Origin: Auanema rhodensis
Taxonomy: Eukaryota; Animalia; Nematoda
Reading direction: 5' to 3'
Length of the DNA stretch: 64,000 bases
NCBI GenBank assembly: GCA_964057225.1
Contig: OZ059895.1
Span: 186,001 to 250,000, forward strand
Below the pieces are notes generated by a model that saw only the letters and a program-made list of their open reading frames with translations, made no database searches and had not been told where the DNA came from. Within the stretch, counting starts at the first letter, position 1. Every line of letters begins with the position of its first letter. This document shows positions 12,801 through 25,800 of the stretch, piece by piece. A program made the translations under genes and the position numbers.

Positions 12801-14742
12801 TTCGAAAAAATTTTTGTCAAAATGTTTTTGGAAGCAATGTTGAGTGTACATGGAAACTCAACATACACTAATGCATCATTTTTCAAACGATCATAACTAA
12901 TTTTTGTATTAAGCGTTTCTTAAAGTAGTATAGTGCATTCGATGCGGATTTTTAAGCTGCGTCGATCTGTGTTATCAGATTTGCGCTAGCTTAAAAATGC
13001 ACCGAGATATCAACTGATATAAGTTCACACTTATATCCTCGATTTTCACCCTGAAGGAATAATTTTTTCGTTGAATAACATTGTCCATCGTCTTTGCCTT
13101 GAAAAAAGGAATCTAAAAACATCTACTTTTTGCTAAATTATTTTGAAATTTTTCGAAAAAATTTTTGTCAAAATGTTTTTGGAAGCAATGTTGAGTGTAC
13201 ATGGAAACTCAACATACACTAATGCATCATTTTTCAAACGATCATAACTAATTTTTGTATTAAGCGTTTCTCAATGTAGTATAGTGCATTCGATGCGGAT
13301 TTTTAAGCTGCGTCGATCTGTGTTATCAGATTTGCGCTAGCTTAAAAATGCACCGAGATATCAACTGATATAAGTTCACACTTATATCCTCGATTTTCAC
13401 CCTGAAGGAATAATTTTTTCGTTGAATAACATTGTCCATCGTCTTTGCCTTGAAAAAAGGAATCTAAAAACATCTACTTTTTGCTAAATTATTTTGAAAT
13501 TTTTCGAAAAAATTTTTGTCAAAATGTTTTTGGAAGCAATGTTGAGTGTACATGGAAACTCAACATACACTAATGCATCATTTTTCAAACGATCATAACT
13601 AATTTTTGTATTAAGCGTTTCTCAATGTAGTATAGTGCATTCGATGCGGATTTTTAAGCTGCGTCGATCTGTGTTATCAGATTTGCGCTAGCTTAAAAAT
13701 GCACCGAGATATCAACTGATATAAGTTCACACTTATATCCTCGATTTTCACCCTGAAGGAATAATTTTTTCGTTGAATAACATTGTCCATCGTCTTTGCC
13801 TTGAAAAATGGAATCTAAAAACATCTACTTTTTGCTAAATTATTCTGAAATTTTTCGAAAAAATTTTTGTCAAAATGTTTTTGGAAGCATTGTTGAGTGT
13901 ACATGGAAACTCAACATACACTAATGCATCATTTTTCAAACGATCATAACTAATTTTTGTATCAAGCGTTTCTCAATGTAGTTTAGTGCATTCGATGCGG
14001 ATTTTTAAGCTGCGTCGATCTGTGTTATCAGATTTGCGCTAGCTTAAAAATGCACCGCGATATCAACTGATATAAGTTCACACTTATATCCTCGATTTTC
14101 ACCCTGAAGGAATAATTTTTTCGTTGAATAACATTGTCCATCGTCTTTGCCTTAAAAAATGGAATCTAAAAACATCTACTTTTTGCTAAATTATTTTGAA
14201 ATTTTTCGAAAAAATTTTTGTCAAAATGTTTTTGGAAGCAATGTTGAGTGTACATGGAAACTCAACATACACTAATGCATCATTTTTCAAACGATCATAA
14301 CTAACTTTTGTATCAAGCGTTTCTCAATGTAGTGTAGTGCATTCGATGCGGATTTTTAAGCTGCGTCGATCTGTGTTATCAGATTTGCGCTAGCTTGAAA
14401 ATGCACCGAGATATCAACTGATATAAGTTCACACTTATATCCTCGATTTTCACCCTGAAGAATTAATTTTTTCGTTGAATAACATTGTCCATCGTCTTTG
14501 CCTTGAAAAAAGGAATCTAAAAACATCTACTTTTTGCTAAATTATTTTGAAATTTTTCGAAAAAATTTTTGTCAAAATGTTTTTGGAAGCAATGTTGAGT
14601 GTACATGGAAACTCAACATACACTAATGCATCATTTTTCAAACGATCATAACTAATTTTTGTATTAAGCGTTTCTCAATGTAGTATAGTGCATTCGATGC
14701 GGATTTTTAAGCTGCGTCGATCTGTGTTATCAGATTTGCGCT
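9829..14742. repeat. 6-monomer higher-order repeat (2106 bp, ~2.3 copies, M29-M42)
   Basis: CCTTAAAA allele at 9942, 12048 and 14154; CTTAAAGT allele at 10815 and 12921. All spacings are 2106. Confidence 0.92.
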
Positions 14743-15093
14743 AGCTTAAAAATGCACCGAGATATCAACTGATATAAGTTCACACTTATATCCTCGATTT
14801 TCACCCTGAAGGAATAATTTTTTCGTTGAATAACATTGTCCATCGTCTTTGCCTTGAAAAATGGAATCTAAAAACATCTACTTTTTGCTAAATTATTTTG
14901 AAATTTTTCGAAAAAATTTTTGTCAAAATGTTTTTGGAAGCATTGTTGAGTGTACATGGAAACTCAACATACACTAATGCATCATTTTTCAAACGATCAT
15001 AACTAATTTTTGTATTAAGCGTTTCTCAATGTAGTATAGTGCATTCGATGCGGATTTTTAAGCTGCGTCGATCTGTGTTATCAGATTTGCGCT

Positions 15094-18000
15094 AGCTTAA
15101 AAATGCACCGAGATATCAACTGATATAAGTTCACACTTATATCCTCGATTTTCACCCTGAAGGAATAATTTTTCCGTTGAATAACATTGTCCATCGTCTT
15201 TGCCTTGAAAAAAGGAATCTAAAAACATCTACTTTTTGCTAAATTATTTTGAAATTTTTCGAAAAAATTTTTGTCAAAATGTTTTTGGAAGCATTGTTGA
15301 GTGTACATGGAAACTCAACATACACTAATGCATCATTTTTCAAACGATCATAACTAATTTTTGTATTAAGCGTTTCTCAATGTAGTATAGTGCATTCAAT
15401 GCGGATTTTTAAGCTGCGTCGATCTGTGTTATCAGATTTGCGCTAGCTTAAAAATGCACCGAGATATCAACTGATATAAGTTCACACTTATATTCTCGAT
15501 TTTCACCCTGAAGGAATAATTTTTTCGTTGAATAACATTGTCCATCGTCTTTGCCTTGAAAAAAGGAATCTAAAAACATCTACTTTTTGCTAAATTATTT
15601 TGAAATTTTTCGAAAAAATTTTTGTCAAAATGTTTTTGGAAGCAATGTTGAGTGTACATGGAAACTCAACATACACTAATGCATCATTTTTCAAACGATC
15701 ATAACTAATTTTTGTATTAAGCGTTTCTCAATGTAGAATAGTGCATTCGATGCGGATTTTTAAGCTGCGTCGATCTGTGTTATCAGATTTGCGCTAGCTT
15801 AAAAATGCACCGAGATATCAACTGATATAAGTTCACACTTATATCCTCGATTTTCACCCTGAAGGAATAATTTTTTCGTTGAATAACATTGTCCATCGTC
15901 TTTGCCTTGAAAAAAGGAATCTAAAAACATCTACTTTTTGCTAAATTATTCTGAAATTTTTCGAAAAAATTTTTGTCAAAATGTTTTTGGAAGCATTGTT
16001 GAGTGTACATGGAAACTCAACATACACTAATGCATCATTTTTCAAACGATCATAACTAATTTTTGTATCAAGCGTTTCTCAATGTAGTTTAGTGCATTCG
16101 ATGCGGATTTTTAAGCTGCGTCGATCTGTGTTATCAGATTTGCGCTAGCTTAAAAATGCACCGAGATATCAACTGATATAAGTTCACACTTATATCCTCG
16201 ATTTTCACCCTGAAGAATTAATTTTTTCGTTGAATAACATTGTCCATCGTCTTTGCCTTGAAAAATGGAATCTAAAAACATCTACTTTTTGCTAAATTAT
16301 TTTGAAATTTTTCGAAAAAATTTTTGTCAAAATGTTTTTGGAAGCATTGTTGAGTGTACATGGAAACTCAACATACACTAATGCATCATTTTTCAAACGA
16401 TCATAACTAATTTTTGTATCAAGCGTTTCTCAATGTAGTTTAGTGCATTCGATGCGGATTTTTAAGCTGCGTCGATCTGTGTTATCAGATTTGCGCTAGC
16501 TTAAAAATGCACCGAGATATCAACTGATATAAGTTCACACTTATATCCTCGATTTTCACCCTGAAGGAATAATTTTTTCGTTGAATAACATTGTCCATCG
16601 TCTTTGCCTTGAAAAAAGGAATCTAAAAACATCTACTTTTTGCTAAATTATTTTGAAATTTTTCGAAAAAATTTTTGTCAAAATGTTTTTGGAAGCAATG
16701 TTGAGTGTACATGGAAACTCAACATACACTAATGCATCATTTTTCAAACGATCATAACTAATTTTTGTATTAAGCGTTTCTTAATGTAGTATAGTGCATT
16801 CGATGCGGATTTTTAAGCTGCGTCGATCTGTGTTATCAGATTTGCGCTAGCTTAAAAATGCACCGAGATATCAACTGATATAAGTTCACACTTATATCCT
16901 CGATTTTCACCCTGAAGGAATAATTTTTTCGTTGAATAACATTGTCCATCGTCTTTGCCTTGAAAAAAGGAATCTAAAAACATCTACTTTTTGCTAAATT
17001 ATTTTGAAATTTTTCGAAAAAATTTTTGTCAAAATGTTTTTGGAAGCAATGTTGAGTGTACATGGAAACTCAACATACACTAATGCATCATTTTTCAAAC
17101 GATCATAACTAATTGTTGTATTAAGCGTTTCTCAATGTAGTATAGTGCATTCGATGCGGATTTTTAAGCTGCGTCGATCTGTGTTATCAGATTTGCGCTA
17201 GCTTAAAAATGCACCGAGATATCAACTGATATAAGTTCACACTTATATCCTCGATTTTCACCCTGAAGGAATAATTTTTTCGTTGAATAACATTGTCCAT
17301 CGTCTTTGCCTTGAAAAAAGGAATCTAAAAACATCTACTTTTTGCTAAATTATTTTGAAATTTTTCGAAAAAATTTTTGTCAAAATGTTTTTGGAAGCAA
17401 TGTTGAGTGTACATGGAAACTCAACATACACTAATGCATCATTTTTCAAACGATCATAACTAATTTTTGTATTAAGCGTTTCTCAATGTAGTATAGTGCA
17501 TTCGATGCGGATTTTTAAGCTGCGTCGATCTGTGTTATCAGATTTGCGCTAGCTTAAAAATGCACCGAGATATCAACTGATATAAGTTCACACTTATATC
17601 CTCGATTTTCACCCTGAAGGAATAATTTTTTCGTTGAATAACATTGTCCATCGTCTTTGCCTTGAAAAAAGGAATCTAAAAACATCTACTTTTTGCTAAA
17701 TTATTTTGAAATTTTTCGAAAAAATTTTTGTCAAAATGTTTTTGGAAGCAATGTTGAGTGTACATGGAAACTCAACATACACTAATGCATCATTTTTCAA
17801 ACGATCATAACTAATTTTTGTATTAAGCGTTTCTCAATGTAGTATAGTGCATTCGATGCGGATTTTTAAGCTGCGTCGATCTGTGTTATCAGATTTGCGC
17901 TAGCTTAAAAATGCACCGAGATATCAACTGATATAAGTTCACACTTATATCCTCGATTTTCACCCTGAAGGAATAATTTTTCCGTTGAATAACATTGTCC

Positions 18001-19305
18001 ATCGTCTTTGCCTTGAAAAAAGGAATCTAAAAACATCTACTTTTTGCTAAATTATTTTGAAATTTTTCGAAAAAATTTTTGTCAAAATGTTTTTGGAAGC
18101 ATTGTTGAGTGTACATGGAAACTCAACATACACTAATGCATCATTTTTCAAACGATCATAACTAATTTTTGTATTAAGCGTTTCTCAATGTAGTATAGTG
18201 CATTCAATGCGGATTTTTAAGCTGCGTCGATCTGTGTTATCAGATTTGCGCTAGCTTAAAAATGCACCGAGATATCAACTGATATAAGTTCACACTTATA
18301 TCCTCGATTTTCACCCTGAAGGAATAATTTTTTCGTTGAATAACATTGTCCATCGTCTTTGCCTTGAAAAAAGGAATCTAAAAACATCTACTTTTTGCTA
18401 AATTATTTTGAAATTTTTCGAAAAAATTTTTGTCAAAATGTTTTTGGAAGCAATGTTGAGTGTACATGGAAACTCAACATACACTAATGCATCATTTTTC
18501 AAACGATCATAACTAATTTTTGTATTAAGCGTTTCTCAATGTAGAATAGTGCATTCGATGCGGATTTTTAAGCTGCGTCGATCTGTGTTATCAGATTTGC
18601 GCTAGCTTAAAAATGCACCGAGATATCAACTGATATAAGTTCACACTTATATCCTCGATTTTCACCCTGAAGGAATAATTTTTTCGTTGAATAACATTGT
18701 CCATCGTCTTTGCCTTGAAAAAAGGAATCTAAAAACATCTACTTTTTGCTAAATTATTCTGAAATTTTTCGAAAAAATTTTTGTCAAAATGTTTTTGGAA
18801 GCATTGTTGAGTGTACATGGAAACTCAACATACACTAATGCATCATTTTTCAAACGATCATAACTAATTTTTGTATCAAGCGTTTCTCAATGTAGTTTAG
18901 TGCATTCGATGCGGATTTTTAAGCTGCGTCGATCTGTGTTATCAGATTTGCGCTAGCTTAAAAATGCACCGAGATATCAACTGATATAAGTTCACACTTA
19001 TATCCTCGATTTTCACCCTGAAGAATTAATTTTTTCGTTGAATAACATTGTCCATCGTCTTTGCCTTGAAAAATGGAATCTAAAAACATCTACTTTTTGC
19101 TAAATTATTTTGAAATTTTTCGAAAAAATTTTTGTCAAAATGTTTTTGGAAGCATTGTTGAGTGTACATGGAAACTCAACATACACTAATGCATCATTTT
19201 TCAAACGATCATAACTAATTTTTGTATTAAGCGTTTCTCAATGTAGTATAGTGCATTCGATGCGGATTTTTAAGCTGCGTCGATCTGTGTTATCAGATTT
19301 GCGCT
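15094..19305. repeat. 4-monomer block repeated at an 8-monomer offset (M44-47 vs M52-55, 2808 bp)
   Basis: TTCCGTTG at 15174/17982, ATTCAATG at 15398/18206, GTAGAATA at 15737/18545. Confidence 0.88.
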
Positions 19306-20007
19306 AGCTTAAAAATGCACCGAGATATCAACTGATATAAGTTCACACTTATATCCTCGATTTTCACCCTGAAGGAATAATTTTTTCGTTGAATAACATT
19401 GTCCATCGTCTTTGCCTTGAAAAATGGAATCTAAAAACATCTACTTTTTGCTAAATTATTTTGAAATTTTTCGAAAAAATTTTTGTCAAAATGTTTTTGG
19501 AAGCATTGTTGAGTGTACATGGAAACTCAACATACACTAATGCATCATTTTTCAAGGGATCATAACTAATTTTTGTATTAAGCGTTTCTCAATGTAGTAT
19601 AGTGCATTCGATGCGGATTTTTAAGCTACGTCGATCTGTGTTATCAGATTTGCGCTAGTTTAAAAATGCACCGAGATATCAACTGATATAAGTTCACACT
19701 TATATCCTCGATTTTCACCCTGAAGAATTAATTTTTTCGTTGAATAACATTGTCCATCGTCTTTGCCATGAAAAAAGGAATCTAAAAACATCTACTTTTC
19801 GCTAAATTATTTTGAAATTTTTCGAAAAAATTTTTGTCAAAATGTTTTTGGAAGCATTGTTGAGTGTACATGGAAACTCAACATACACTAATGCATCATT
19901 TTTCAAACGATCATAACTAATTTTTGTATCAAGCGTTTCTCAATGTAGTTTAGTGCATTCGATGCGGATTTTTAAGCTGCGTCGATCTGTGTTATCAGAT
20001 TTGCGCT

Positions 20008-22815
20008 AGCTTAAAAATGCACCGCGATATCAACTGATATAAGTTCACACTTATATCCTCGATTTTCACCCTGAAGGAATAATTTTTTCGTTGAATAACA
20101 TTGTCCATCGTCTTTGCCTTGAAAAATGGAATCTAAAAACATCTACTTTTTGCTAAATTATTTTGAAATTTTTCGAAAAAATTTTTGTCAAAATGTTTTT
20201 GGAAGCATTGTTGAGTGTACATGGAAACTCAACATACACTAATGCATCATTTTTCAAGGGATCATAACTAATTTTTGTATTAAGCGTTTCTCAATGTAGT
20301 ATAGTGCATTCGATGCGGATTTTTAAGCTACGTCGATCTGTGTTATCAGATTTGCGCTAGTTTAAAAATGCACCGAGATATCAACTGATATAAGTTCACA
20401 CTTATATCCTCGATTTTCACCCTGAAGAATTAATTTTTTCGTTGAATAACATTGTCCATCGTCTTTGCCATGAAAAAAGGAATCTAAAAACATCTACTTT
20501 TTGCTAAATTATTTTGAAATTTTTCGAAAAAATTTTTGTCAAAATGTTTTTGGAAGCATTGTTGAGTGTACATGGAAACTCAACATACACTAATGCATCA
20601 TTTTTCAAACGATCATAACTTATTTTTGTATTAAGCGTTTCTCAATGTAGTATAGTGCATTCGATGCGGATTTTTAAGCTGCGTCCATCTGTGTTATCAG
20701 ATTTGCGCTAGCTTAAAAATGCACCGCGATATCAACTGATATAAGTTCACACTTATATCCTCGATTTTCACCCTGAAGGAATAATTTTTTCGTTGAATAA
20801 CATTGTCCATCGTCTTTGCCTTGAAAAATGGAATCTAAAAACATCTACTTTTTGCTAAATTATTTTGAAATTTTTCGAAAAAATTTTTGTCAAAATGTTT
20901 TTAGAAGCATTGTTGAGTGTACATGGAAACTCAACATACACTAATGCATCATTTTTCAAGGGATCATAACTAATTTTTGTATTAACCGTTTCTCAATGAA
21001 GTATAGTGCATTCGATGCGGATTTTTAAGCTGCGTCGATCTGTGTTATCAGATTTGCGCTAGCTTAAAAATGCACCGAGATATCAAATGATATAAGTTCA
21101 CACTTATATCCTTGATTTTCACCCTGAAGAATTAATTTTTTCGTTGAATAACATTGTCCATCGTCTTTGCCTTGAAAAATGGAATCTAAAAACATCTACT
21201 TTTTGCTAAATTATTCTGAAATGTTTCGAAAAAATTTTTGTCAAAATGTTTTTGGAAGCAATGTTGAGTGTACATGGAAACTCAACATACACTAATGCAT
21301 CATTTTTCAAACGATCATAACTAATTTTTGTATCAAGCGTTTCTCAATGTAGTTTAGTGCATTCGATGCGGATTTTTAAGCTGCGTCGATCTGTGTTATC
21401 AGATTTGCGCTAGCTTAAAAATGCACCGAGATATCAACTGATATAAGTTCACACTTATATCCTCGATTTTCACCCTGAAGGAATAATTTTTTCGTTGAAT
21501 AACATTGTCCATCGTCTTTGCCTTGAAAAATGGAATCTAAAAACATCTACTTTTTGCTAAATTATTTTGAAATTTTTCGAAAAAATTTTTGTCAAAATGT
21601 TTTTGGAAGCATTGTTGAGTGTACATGGAAACTCAACATACACTAATGCATCATTTTTCAAGGGATCATAACTAATTTTTGTATTAAGCGTTTCTCAATG
21701 TAGTATAGTGCATTCGATGCGGATTTTTAAGCTACGTCGATCTGTGTTATCAGATTTGCGCTAGTTTAAAAATGCACCGAGATATCAACTGATATAAGTT
21801 CACACTTATATCCTCGATTTTCACCCTGAAGAATTAATTTTTTCGTTGAATAACATTGTCCATCGTCTTTGCCATGAAAAAAGGAATCTAAAAACATCTA
21901 CTTTTTGCTAAATTATTTTGAAATTTTTCGAAAAAATTTTTGTCAAAATGTTTTTGGAAGCATTGTTGAGTGTACATGGAAACTCAACATACACTAATGC
22001 ATCATTTTTCAAACGATCATAACTTATTTTTGTATTAAGCGTTTCTCAATGTAGTATAGTGCATTCGATGCGGATTTTTAAGCTGCGTCCATCTGTGTTA
22101 TCAGATTTGCGCTAGCTTAAAAATGCACCGCGATATCAACTGATATAAGTTCACACTTATATCCTCGATTTTCACCCTGAAGGAATAATTTTTTCGTTGA
22201 ATAACATTGTCCATCGTCTTTGCCTTGAAAAATGGAATCTAAAAACATCTACTTTTTGCTAAATTATTTTGAAATTTTTCGAAAAAATTTTTGTCAAAAT
22301 GTTTTTGGAAGCATTGTTGAGTGTACATGGAAACTCAACATACACTAATGCATCATTTTTCAAGGGATCATAACTAATTTTTGTATTAAGCGTTTCTCAA
22401 TGAAGTATAGTGCATTCGATGCGGATTTTTAAGCTGCGTCGATCTGTGTTATCAGATTTGCGCTAGCTTAAAAATGCACCGAGATATCAACTGATATAAG
22501 TTCACACTTATATCCTTGATTTTCACCCTGAAGAATTAATTTTTTCGTTGAATAACATTGTCCATCGTCTTTGCCTTGAAAAATGGAATCTAAAAACATC
22601 TACTTTTTGCTAAATTATTCTGAAATGTTTCGAAAAAATTTTTGTCAAAATGTTTTTGGAAGCAATGTTGAGTGTACATGGAAACTCAACATACACTAAT
22701 GCATCATTTTTCAAACGATCATAACTAATTTTTGTATCAAGCGTTTCTCAATGTAGTTTAGTGCATTCGATGCGGATTTTTAAGCTGCGTCGATCTGTGT
22801 TATCAGATTTGCGCT
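20008..22815. repeat. 4-monomer tandem duplication (1404 bp, M58-61 vs M62-65)
   Basis: Same allele order in both copies: AAGGGAT+CTACG / GTCCATC / AAGGGAT+TGAAGT / CTTGAT+TTCTGAAATGT. GTCCATC lies at 20686 and 22090. Confidence 0.87.
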
Positions 22816-25800
22816 AGCTTAAAAATGCACCGAGATATCAACTGATATAAGTTCACACTTATATCCTCGATTTTCACCCTGAAGGAATAATTTTTTCGTT
22901 GAATAACATTGTCCATCGTCTTTGCCTTGAAAAATGGAATCTAAAAACATCTACTTTTTGCTAAATTATTTTGAAATTTTTCGAAAAAAGTTTTGTCAAA
23001 ATGTTTTTGGAAGCATTGTTGAGTGTACATGGAAACTCAACATACACTAATGCATCATTTTTCAAACGATCATAACTAATTTTTGTATTAAGCGTTTCTC
23101 AATGTAGTATAGTGCATTCGATGCGGATTTTTAAGCTGCGTCGATCTGTGTTATCAGATTTGCGCTAGTTTATAAATGCACCGAGATATCAACTGATATA
23201 AGTTCACACTTATATCCTCGATTTTCACCCTGAAGAATTAATTTTTTCGTTGAATAACATTGTCCATCGTCTTTGCCTTGAAAAATGGAATCTAAAAACA
23301 TCTACTTTTTGCTAAATTATTTTGAAATTTTTCGAAAAAATTTTTGTCAAAATGTTTTTGGAAGCATTGTTGAGTGTACATGGAAACTCAACATACACTA
23401 ATGCATCATTTTTCAAGGGATCATAACTAATTTTTGTATTAAGCGTTTCTCAATGAAGTATAGTGCATTCGATGCGGATTTTTAAGCTGCGTCGATCTGT
23501 GTTATCAGATTTGCGCTAGCTTAAAAATGCACCGAGATATCAACTGATATAAGTTCACACTTATATCCTCGATTTTCACCCTGAAGGAATAATTTTTTCG
23601 TTGAATAACATTGTCCATCGTCTTTGCCTTGAAAAATGGAATCTAAAAACATCTACTTTTTGCTAAATTATTTTGAAATTTTTCGAAAAAATTTTTGTCA
23701 AAATGTTTTTGGAAGCATTGTTGAGTGTACATGGAAACTCAACATACACTAATGCATCATTTTTCAAACGATCATAACTAATTTTTGTATCAAGCGTTTC
23801 TCAATGTAGTTTAGTGCATTCGATGCGGATTTTTAAGCTGCGTCGATCTGTGTTATCAGATTTGCGCTAGCTTAAAAATGCACCGCGATATCAACTGATA
23901 TAAGTTCACACTTATATCCTCGATTTTCACCCTGAAGGAATAATTTTTTCGTTGAATAACATTGTCCATCGTCTTTGCCTTGAAAAATGGAATCTAAAAA
24001 CATCTACTTTTTGCTAAATTATTTTGAAATTTTTCGAAAAAATTTTTGTCAAAATGTTTTTGGAAGCAATGTTGAGTGTACATGGAAACTCAACATACAC
24101 TAATGCATCATTTTTCAAACGATCATAACTAACTTTTGTATCAAGCGTTTCTCAATGTAGTGTAGTGCATTCGATGCGGATTTTTAAGCTGCGTCGATCT
24201 GTGTTATCAGATTTGCGCTAGCTTAAAAATGCACCGAGATATCAACTGATATAAGTTCACACTTATATCCTCGATTTTCACCCTGAAGAATTAATTTTTT
24301 CGTTGAATAACATTGTCCATCGTCTTTGCCTTGAAAAAAGGAATCTAAAAACATCTACTTTTTGCTAAATTATTTTGAAATTTTTCGAAAAAATTTTTGT
24401 CAAAATGTTTTTGGAAGCATTGTTGAGTGTACATGGAAACTCAACATACACTAATGCATCATTTTTCAAACGATCATAACTAATTTTTGTATTAAGCGTT
24501 TCTCAATGTAGTATAGTGCATTCGATGCGGATTTTTAAGCTGCGTCGATCTGTGTTATCAGATTTGCGCTAGCTTAAAAATGCACCGAGATATCAACTGA
24601 TATAAGTTCACACTTATATCCTCGATTTTCACCCTGAAGGAATAATTTTTTCGTTGAATAACATTGTCCATCGTCTTTGCCTTGAAGAAAGGAATCTAAA
24701 AACATCTACTTTTTGCTAAATTATTTTGAAATTTTTCGAAAAAATTTTTGTCAAAATGTTTTTGGAAGCAATGTTGAGTGTACATGGAAACTCAACATAC
24801 ACTAATGCATCATTTTTCAAACGATCATAACTAACTTTTGTATCAAGCGTTTCTCAATGTAGTTTAGTGCATTCGATGCGGATTTTTAAGCTGCGTCGAT
24901 CTGTGTTATCAGAGTTGCGCTAGCTTAAAAATGCACCGAGATATCAACTGATATAAGTTCACACTTATATCCTCGATTTTCACCCTGAAGGAATAATTTT
25001 TTCGTTGAATAACATTGTCCATCGTCTTTGCCTTGAAAAATGGAATCTAAAAACATCTACTTTTTGCTAAATTATTTTGAAATTTTTCGAAAAAATTTTT
25101 GTCAAAATGTTTTTGGAAGCATTGTTGAGTGTACATGGAAACTCAACATACACTAATGCATCATTTTTCAAGGGATCATAACTAATTTTTGTATTAAGCG
25201 TTTCTCAATGTAGTATAGTGCATTCGATGCGGATTTTTAAGCTACGTCGATCTGTGTTATCAGATTTGCGCTAGTTTAAAAATGCACCGAGATATCAACT
25301 GATATAAGTTCACACTTATATCCTCGATTTTCACCCTGAAGAATTAATTTTTTCGTTGAATAACATTGTCCATCGTCTTTGCCATGAAAAAAGGAATCTA
25401 AAAACATCTACTTTTTGCTAAATTATTTTGAAATTTTTCGAAAAAATTTTTGTCAAAATGTTTTTGGAAGCATTGTTGAGTGTACATGGAAACTCAACAT
25501 ACACTAATGCATCATTTTTCAAACGATCATAACTTATTTTTGTATTAAGCGTTTCTCAATGTAGTATAGTGCATTCGATGCGGATTTTTAAGCTGCGTCC
25601 ATCTGTGTTATCAGATTTGCGCTAGCTTAAAAATGCACCGCGATATCAACTGATATAAGTTCACACTTATATCCTCGATTTTCACCCTGAAGGAATAATT
25701 TTTTCGTTGAATAACATTGTCCATCGTCTTTGCCTTGAAAAATGGAATCTAAAAACATCTACTTTTTGCTAAATTATTTTGAAATTTTTCGAAAAAATTT

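Noticed and set aside
23169-23176. TATAAA in the TTTATAAA allele as a TATA-box promoter
   Set aside because: A 6-bp AT word in AT-rich satellite, with no downstream gene or other support.
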